64,000 bases of DNA from Heterodontus francisci (Eukaryota): positions 12,265,384-12,329,383 of the forward strand of contig NC_090383.1 in NCBI RefSeq assembly GCF_036365525.1. The letters run 5' to 3'. Both the position numbers and the translations under genes were made by a program. Below are positions 57,201-64,000 of this stretch, piece by piece (position 1 is the first letter of the stretch; each line of letters begins with the position of its first letter). Below the pieces are notes generated by a model. That model searched no databases, was not told the DNA's origin, and was given only the letters and a program-made list of their open reading frames with translations.

Positions 57201-60200
57201 AGGGTTATGGTGAGCAGGCGGGAAACGGGAGTTGAAGCCTAAGATCAGCCATGATCGTATTGAATGGCAGAGCAGGCTCGATGGGCCATATGGTATACTC
57301 CTCCTCCTGATTATTGTGCAGAGGAAGTTTACCAGAATGGTTCCAGGAATGAAGGATTTTAGCTACAAGGTTGGGTTGGGGAAGCTGGGTTGTTTTCCTT
57401 GGAGTGGAGGAGATTTGATAGAGGTGTACAAAATGGACAGATTTGGATAAAGTAGACAAAGAAAGGCTGTTCCCATTAGCTGATGGTACAAGGACTAGGG
57501 AACACAAATTTAAGGTTTGTGCAAGTAATGCAGGGGAATGTGAGGAGTAAGTTTTTTTTTATGCAGTAAGTGGTAATAACCCAGAACACTGCTTATGCAG
57601 GTGGTGACAGCGGAGAGAATTACTGATTTCAAAAGGAAATTGAATAGGCGCTTGAGGGAAATAAACTTGCAGGGCTACAGGATTAGAGTGGGGGAATGGA
57701 CTGGCTGGGTTGCTTTACAGAGAGCTGGCATGGACTCAATGGGCCAAGTGGCCTCCTTCTGTGGCGTAATAACTCTGACTCTGATTCTAAGTTTGAGGAG
57801 TCCATGAACCTCTTTGCCACCAAGATAAGGGCAGCTTCTTTAGCTGCTGCTTCTCTTGCCCTTGCCACTCTAAGTTTGAGCAAAACATTTAGCTGAAATT
57901 TTAATTTGTCAGTCATAGGCATGCTGATCCCAAGCTAGATTACACACCTGTCTGTAATTAGTATCCAACTACCTATTCTGTATAATCTGTTTTTCTCTTT
58001 TTCTGCAGGTTTTGGGTCTGTTATCCACATGTATCCAGGTAGCATGCCTATCAGAGCAGCGATGGAGAACTTTGGGTTTCCAAAATCATTTTATAATCAT
58101 CTGTATGACTTTCCTATCAACAAATTGAACAGTCTTCTTTCTGGAGGTTTTTCAGCTGAGAAAGAAACACTACAGAAACAAACCGAAGTTGTGGTGGAAA
58201 AAGATAATGGGAGCCAACAGAGCACACAACAGGATGATGGGATGCTGAGTGGCGAAACCATGATGGATAACAACCAATCTGGGGAAACTGAGGCCATCGA
58301 TGTTGCTTGTGAGGAGACTGAAAATAAAGAAAAAAATGCAGACAGAAAATCCAATGTAAGATTTTCCCAGAGATAATAGATGTGGAATGTTAAATTCTAA
58401 TGTATCCAACTTCTACGGCCCCGTGATTTTAAACAAAGTTATTGTATATGAGGAGAAATATTTCTCCAGATTGATTGTGACTTGATATCTGTGGGTACCT
58501 GGTTTCATTAGCTTAAGTTAGGCAGCAGTAAAATAGTGAACAATACCCACCACCATCACAAAGCACACTGGTTTTAATGATTTGATTCTCTTTATGTAGA
58601 GAACGGTCACTGCATTTCAAAAGTAAATTGATTCTCTGAAGGGCTTTTTGATGTTTTGACCTAACAAGCCACTATGCAATTGCAAATATTTAAAACATTA
58701 TAAAGTATCTTTTTCCCTTTTATTTGTTTCAGTCATCAACTGCATCATAACTTTTTTTGTGCTAATCATTTCTTTAAATTTAGTCTTGGATCCTACAGCA
58801 CTTTTCCTGTTAGCTGTCTTATGTTGTTTCCCCAGTCAGCTTATGCCCTTGGTCATTCAACACACTTCAGTTTGCATTCAGTTCATTAACTGTAATGTCA
58901 GTTTATGGCAAGTCGCTGCTTCGTCTCACTATTGCTCTGCTTTAGTCACGTACTATGGTCAAACTGATAAATCCAGTATCTTTCACAAGTACCATACCCT
59001 GGTTGTGATGCTGACAATTTCAGTATATAAGTCTTTCTGAGCAAGTGTGCTTCTAACTAATGACTTCAGAACTCCTCTGGGTCTTAATGCCTAATTATCT
59101 TTAAATACATTTACTGGGAAAAGGGAAGGGAACAATTGATTTTCTCCTCTCTGCTCCAAATGCACACATGAATGCTGGTGTGACATTTCAAAATCTGTAG
59201 TTCAATTTAGTCAAATCCATCCATGTAATGTCAAAAGATGATTTTTTTAAATAATTTATAAATAAAAGAGGGGCTATTTAATCAGTACTCTGAATAGCTG
59301 ACAGCTCTTGGTTTTGTGTACTTACTTGCCTCATCCACTAGTGACAACTTATTTTTAAAAATACCAAATCCGTGTTCCTTTCTAAACGTACCCTTCTTTC
59401 ACTTGGGATCCTACACCTACCACTTTATTCTGGCTGCATTATCTCTATATAATAGTATCTTTGATTTACCTCCTGTAAGAAAATAGTTTTGTTTTAAAAT
59501 TCTCAAAACAAAATTTAAATCAACTCTTGTGAGCTGTAGCCTAACGTATTTATTTGACTGTTCTCCTTGTGCAGCATAATCTCAGGTTTCTAACCTAGAT
59601 TTGTGCTGCTTGTTGTACAAGTTTTAGTCTTGCAAAATCAAATTGGACTCCATCTTTGGTGACATGTTTCTTGGTAGGTTGAAGAAAGGAAGAGCAAGCA
59701 AGAAGATCGGCTGAAGAAACTACAGGCTGCTGCTGCTGTGCTACAAGAGAGAAATGCAGATGGGTGAGCTTATGTAACAAATTAAATGAATTCCACTATA
59801 ATTCTGTTGCAGATTTTTCTTGAGTGGCAACTGTGACAGTTTGGGTGCACCTTGATCTTTGCAAATTTATGCACAATTAGTAATCCATATTTATACAGAA
59901 TGAATTAAGACTTGTGGAAATTGCAACACTAAAACAAGCCATTCAGCCCACCCAGTCCATGTTAGTCTTTATCCTCCACATGAGCAGTCATCCCATGTGC
60001 CTGTCCTGTCCCCACATCCCTTTATCTCCATTTCCTTCCACTACTTATATCACCTATTCTTAAACTTTGATATGGTTTCTGCTTTAATTACTACTGTTAG
60101 TGCATTCCACAGCCTCAAAACCCTGTCTTTAAAGAAAGAATATTTCCCAGCTCTCTGCCCTAAATCTCATGCATTTAACTTTGTATCTATGTCCTCTCAA

Positions 60201-63200
60201 CCACTGAGATGGACTGTCTCTATCTACTATGTACCATCCCTTCATAATCAGATCACCTCTTTCCAAAAAATAACTCCACTTTTTCAAGTCTGTCTTCATA
60301 TTTATATTTTCTCATATCGGACAGCAACCTAGTTTCGTATATTCAGTTAGTTCTTTTATACTCTGCTTTTAATGTTTTGTGAACCCGAGCTCCCAAATCC
60401 TTTCACTTATCTGCAGCAGCTGGCATTCCCCCATTCAAAACATAGATTTTTAAAACTAAAATGTAGCACTTCATGCTGACTGTTTCTGACTTTCAATTAT
60501 TTCCACTTTTTACCATTTCACCAACTTCCCCTTGAAACTTCCTATGGTCCTCAATTATTTACTATGCCTACCTGCTATTTTAGTATCTGCTACAAATTTG
60601 GACACTATTCCTTCTCGCTCCATATCCAAATCAGTGATGTGCACATCAAACTGAAGCCTCATGACTCACTTACAACCACTCTTGAGAAATTGTCCTTGAC
60701 TCCTACTCTATTTCCCTGTTTCCTCCCTTCTAACCAGTTTTCAATTTAATTCCTCTAATCTTCTCATATCCCATAATAATCTCCAATAGCTGCCCATGTA
60801 CACCACATATGCTGCATTTCCCCATTTACCATATCTCCTAAATTATTTAATGTAGGTAAAACACAATAATTTTGCTGATCACTCATTTTATAGAGGCATC
60901 AGTTAAAGTACATTTGCTGATGTTTGCAAGAAGATTTAATTCTCTGTGATCATATTAATGTCACATGAACAGTTCTATGTATTCAACATCATATTGCCTA
61001 TCGTTGATGCTGACTTCTCAATGTTTATGTTTCCTTTTTAGGAATGTCTCATCTATGTCTTTGTTACCTCCAGACTTGACTTTTACAACACTCTCCTGGT
61101 CAGCTTCCCATTTTCCACCCTCCATAAACTTAAGCTCATCCAAAACTCTGCCCTTATCCTACCAAGTCCCATTCATCCATCACCCCTGTGCTTTTGTTGA
61201 CCTACATTAGCTCCGGGTCCCTGAGGACCTCCATTTTAAAATTCACATCCTCGTGCTCAAATCCCTCAATGACCTCCTCCCTCCTGATTCACTTCCAATA
61301 ACTCTGCAAGAAATCTGCATTCCTCCAACTCTGCTCTCTTGGCCATCTCCCACTTCCTTTACCGTGCCATCAGCTGTCTAGGTCCAAAGCTCTGGAATTC
61401 CTTCTCTAAACTTCTCCACCTCTCCACCATAGTCCTGTCAAGCCATTTCATTGTAAATAATGGATAATACTAGTGCTGGATTACCTCAATTAAGTGAAAA
61501 TTCATGTTTTATTACATTCTGGTGAAAAGCTGTTTTTCTTTATTGTAGGTTAATTATAGCAAGTCGCCTTTATCCTAGCCCCTTACTACTTTGTCTTCTG
61601 GAGTTTGTGGCACCATCTAGACCGTTTGTCATCTACTGCCAATACAAAGAGGTAAAACTGGCTATTTGGCAGATTGTTGGTTTGATTGAACATTTGGGGG
61701 CACAGTTCAGTTCATTGTCTCTTTTCTTCCCCCATCTAGCCTTTGCTTGTGTGCTATTCAAATCTACGAGAAAGGGGTGGAGTTGTTAACCTGCGGCTAT
61801 CTGAAACGTGGCTGAGAGGCTATCAGGTAAACTTCAACTAAACTCTGTTGGTGCCTCCTACAGTAGAATTTCAGAAACAGATTTTCAGTGCCTCCAAGTT
61901 TTGAATTCCTAATGTTTTGAAAGGTAATTGCAACATTGTATATTGAATCCTTCTGTTTTGGTCATACTGAGTATATATTAGGGAGAATGTGGCTGTACAT
62001 GCTGCCTCTTAACACTTTAAAAAAAATTCACAAGTCATTTACTTTATCATAAATGTTTCATGAATTTATTTCAAATGTTTTTGTACTTCAGTTTTATCAT
62101 AGGTCTTACTGAAGTTCAAAATAATTATAATGTTGAGAGAGAGCTCACAAATCTAAAGCGCCTTATCATGCCCCTCAAAAACATTCCAACATGCTTCACC
62201 TAAAAAAATTACTATGATGTAGGTGCATTCCGCAGCCATTTTTAACACTACAGGGACCCACAAATGAAGATGGCATAAATGATCAGTTAATCTAGTTTTG
62301 GGCATATTGTCTGACAATGCAGCAGTCCCCCGTATACACTGAAATGTCAACCAAAGTCTTGGTGTGAATTTGAACCTTCAAACTCTGAGATGAGTATGCT
62401 ATTAAACGAGCTGTGCTGAAACAGGGCTGTTGTTCTCTCCTTCCCTTCCTAAATATCTACTATGTTCTCCCCATGACCTTCGCCATTCCTCAGCTGACAA
62501 CCAACCATTGCCAGTTCTACTGTATGAGTTACATGAAAGTGATCCCTGTGATATGTTTGATCTCCTCCTAAGATCCTCACTTCTTCATCCATCTGTATGA
62601 CAGATTTGAATGTCCTTGTTTATTTGCAGTGAATGGCTGCCCCGTACATTCTGATGGCACAAGTTGGGCCAGGGATGTATAACCCCTGAGCAGCAGTCCG
62701 ATAAATGACCGGACAATCCGTTTTGTTGGTGTTTGGGGAGTAAATGTCAGCTAAAACACCATTCTTTGAATTGTGATCTTTTAGTTAATGCCTGAGCATT
62801 TAAACAATGGCACCTTTGGCAATGCAATTCTATCAGTAATACACTGTGAAGTATCAGCCTAGATCATATGCTCAGTCGTGAAATGGGGCTTGAACCCGCG
62901 ACTTTATGACTGTGAGGCAAGGGTGCTACCACTGAGCCAAGTTCGCGCATGTAACCTGCGAAGCTAGCACGTTGCTAATAAAGTAGACATTTTAATGCAT
63001 GTGGTTTTTAAACTGCATGTGCCAGACCCAAACATGTTAATTTGTACAAGATTCTTCAGTTTGTCCAAATATTTTTTGTCTAGGCAAATCAGCAGATTTT
63101 CTACCTTTTTTGTTTTGGTATCTCGTTTAATTTTCTTCTTGACTACGTAATATGACTCTCCAACCTTTTTTTATTATACCTATTGCGTGTGCTGTATCAA

Positions 63201-63765
63201 TGTTGCTGTATTAGATTTGCAGTCCTTCAGACCTGGTTTGTATCTCAGCCAAATTAGACTGTAAAGATAATTTTGCTATATGAGGCTTACTTTACAGTAA
63301 TTTTAACAGGAATTTGACTTGTTTTAAAATGAGGAAAAAACAGTTGAAGGGTCCATAGTACAGGACTTCAGCAAACTTTACATACTCAATGATCTATTAA
63401 ATTTAGGTAGAACTAATCCCAGTCCTTTCTCAAAAAAAAACATTGTTTTCAAACAGAGCAAGAAAACACCATTACAATGCTTTGAATAATTATCTGAAAA
63501 TAAATCTCCTTTTAAAGAAAATGCACAATGAATTTCTAGCACTAAGTAATTTCCAGCAATGTTCAAACTTTAATTTGTCCAAATTTTTCAGGTATTGCCA
63601 AACCGGACTCATCCGAAGCTGACAATGAGTGGAGGTGGTGGCTACATCCTGACCGGTATTACTGTTGCTCTGGACAGACATAAATCTGTTGCCAATAATC
63701 CTAAACCACAGAAATCTGAAGAACCTGCAGCCAAAAGACAGAAGTTGGAAGAATCAATAAGTTAG
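39157..63765 (+). CDS. TRMT6: tRNA (adenine(58)-N1)-methyltransferase non-catalytic subunit TRM6, complete spliced CDS (11 exons, 1458 nt, 485 aa)
   Basis: Exons 39157-39275, 50374-50504, 51984-52093, 52224-52315, 53286-53369, 55390-55514, 58009-58355, 59678-59763, 61549-61651, 61740-61826, 63592-63765. All introns are GT-AG and phases are compatible. Hallmark Gcd10/TRM6 motifs DNRNIIDDGKSQKL, FAQEKYIKKKKKKY, RYDTLAQMLTLGNI, APSRPFVIYCQYKEPL, ETWLRGYQVLPNRTHPKLTMSGGGGY. Confidence 0.97.
39530..41335 (-). mobile_element. 'Family A' LINE, internally deleted, with nested RTE tail
   Basis: Homologous to 1-606 and 14686-15822 (KATGPDNI..LKTCAPELA..NPANYRP; GVPQDSVLGPTIFSCFI). Confidence 0.85.
40234..40370 (-). 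mobile_element. Very short RTE 3' end insertion
   Basis: Matches 27280-27420; flanked by GATC on both sides (40230-40233, 40371-40374). Confidence 0.8.
41990..43330 (-). mobile_element. Degenerate L2 LINE
   Basis: L2 tail at 41990; FLQLNSGKTKA.., LFDLELSFRPH..VTKTAYFHIHNI motifs. Confidence 0.75.
46508..46857 (-). mobile_element. Full-length HE1-like V-SINE
   Basis: tRNA-like head with A and B boxes (GGCGGCACAGTGGCGCAGTGG..GGGTTCGATTCC), V-domain-like core (gtgggttttctccgggtgctccggtttcctcccaca), CR1-like tail; 5-bp TSD TTATA (46503-46507, 46858-46862). Confidence 0.9.
47296..48970 (+). mobile_element. Younger 5'-truncated CR1 LINE nested antisense in the older CR1
   Basis: KSPGPDQVYPR..NYRPVSLTS..QHGFVRGKSCLTNL..DFSKAFDKVPH; SGVPQGS..FADDTK; 3' tail gggccgaagggcctgtttctatgctgta; 5-bp TSD TAACA (47291-47295, 48971-48975). 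Confidence 0.93.
50374..50504 (+). CDS. TRMT6: TRMT6 exon 2
   Basis: KIIFEKQWFYLDNAIGQQYGTTFEVSGGGALQLLKAKTEKVAK. Confidence 0.95.
50960..51392 (+). mobile_element. CR1 3' fragment
   Basis: LGLNSLEFRRRGDLIEIYKILKG..FTQRVVNLWNSLP; tail ctactcctgctcctatttcttatgttctt. Confidence 0.85.
51984..52093 (+). CDS. TRMT6: TRMT6 exon 3
   Basis: TNEAGIDNRNIIDDGKSQKLSRDDIEALKDQGLKGQ. Confidence 0.96.
52224..52315 (+). CDS. TRMT6: TRMT6 exon 4
   Basis: DIVQHLIENSTTFRDKTGFAQEKYIKKKKK. Confidence 0.96.
52640..53190 (-). mobile_element. CR1 3' fragment
   Basis: Reverse complement of the CR1 tail and C-terminal coding remnant. Confidence 0.82.
53286..53369 (+). CDS. TRMT6: TRMT6 exon 5
   Basis: YEAFVTILKPTARIMAMMYHSREPGKI. 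Confidence 0.95.
53851..54592. mobile_element. Non-autonomous TIR element (MITE-like)
   Basis: Imperfect TIRs GACCTGGATTTTGCGG / CTGCAAAATGTGGACC; 3-bp TSD ATT (53848-53850, 54593-54595). Confidence 0.62.
55390..55514 (+). CDS. TRMT6: TRMT6 exon 6
   Basis: YIRYDTLAQMLTLGNIHAGCKVIVAETCAGLVLGAIMERLG. Confidence 0.96.
56350..57940 (+). mobile_element. Old L2-like fragment with nested CR1 3' fragments (~56850-57785)
   Basis: Two successive CR1 3' ends (ending ~57310 and ~57785) between pyrimidine-rich L2-like remnants. Confidence 0.6.
58009..58355 (+). CDS. TRMT6: TRMT6 exon 7
   Basis: FGSVIHMYPGSMPIRAAMENFGFPKSF...DFPINKLNSLL plus acidic linker; AAT|GTAAGA donor. Confidence 0.94.
59678..59763 (+). 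CDS. TRMT6: TRMT6 exon 8
   Basis: VEERKSKQEDRLKKLQAAAAVLQERNAD. Confidence 0.93.
59900..61430. mobile_element. Degenerate CR1 (minus, ~59900-60900) and L2 3' (plus, ~61050-61430) fragments
   Basis: gccattcagccc.. CR1 tail remnant; catcacccctgtgc..gacctacatt..ctctggaattcc L2 motifs. Confidence 0.55.
61549..61651 (+). CDS. TRMT6: TRMT6 exon 9
   Basis: LIIASRLYPSPLLLCLLEFVAPSRPFVIYCQYKE. Confidence 0.96.
61740..61826 (+). CDS. TRMT6: TRMT6 exon 10
   Basis: PLLVCYSNLRERGGVVNLRLSETWLRGYQ. Confidence 0.96.
62180..62942 (-). mobile_element. Two degenerate tRNA-derived Deu-type SINEs (62180-62415, 62620-62942)
   Basis: Minus-strand head TGGCTCAGTGGTAGCAC..GGGTTCAAGCCCC followed by tgagca..tctaggctga..; Deu-like gtgtt aaaaatggctgc motif in the first copy. 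Confidence 0.6.
63592..63765 (+). CDS. TRMT6: TRMT6 exon 11 (last coding)
   Basis: VLPNRTHPKLTMSGGGGYILTGITVALD...EEPAAKRQKLEESIS*; TAG at 63763-63765. Confidence 0.96.
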   Translation, partial: VLPNRTHPKLTMSGGGGYILTGITVALDRHKSVANNPKPQKSEEPAAKRQKLEESIS

Positions 63766-64000
63766 CTTTCCTCCAAGTATTGTTGCTAATGCTGAAACTG
63801 CTCGATATTGGAGCCCATTGTAAAACTTGAGCTGAAAGTTTTTACAAACTGCTATACATATATTTTGATATAATATGAAAAGTGTGCCATTTGGAATTTT
63901 CTGCTGTGATGTGGAGCATTAGCAAAGTGTTTTTGCATGTGGGTGGTAGTTGAAGGAAGGTGCTCTCAATGAGAGAAGTATTTCTATGCAACGGTGTAAA

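Overview
Eukaryotic (vertebrate) genomic DNA. The repeat content (HE1-like V-SINEs, shark-type CR1 LINEs, Deu-type SINEs) points to a cartilaginous fish; this is inference. Three conserved genes were reconstructed by hand from splice sites and translation, in the same order and orientation as the human 20p12 cluster. They are CRLS1 (first coding exon only, minus strand, 2865-3287), complete MCM8 (minus strand, 18 coding exons, 6792-38595, 827 aa, one GC-AG intron) and complete TRMT6 (plus strand, 11 exons, 39157-63765, 485 aa). MCM8 and TRMT6 are head-to-head across a ~560-bp CpG-rich bidirectional promoter. The introns are filled with nested transposable elements (CR1, L2, RTE, Tx1, SINEs, MITE-like TIR elements), many with visible target-site duplications (TSDs). 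The best second-look items are a TSD-flanked non-coding element carrying a minimal hammerhead-ribozyme motif (29415-29865, second copy near 33.9 kb), a 1.2-kb solo-LTR-like insertion with foamy-virus-like layout (22273-23487), a candidate extra MCM8 cassette exon (33036-33131) and a young Tx1 LINE broken by a single 5-bp duplication. I found no prokaryotic-type system and cannot claim a truly undescribed system. Family names come from remembered motifs, not database searches.
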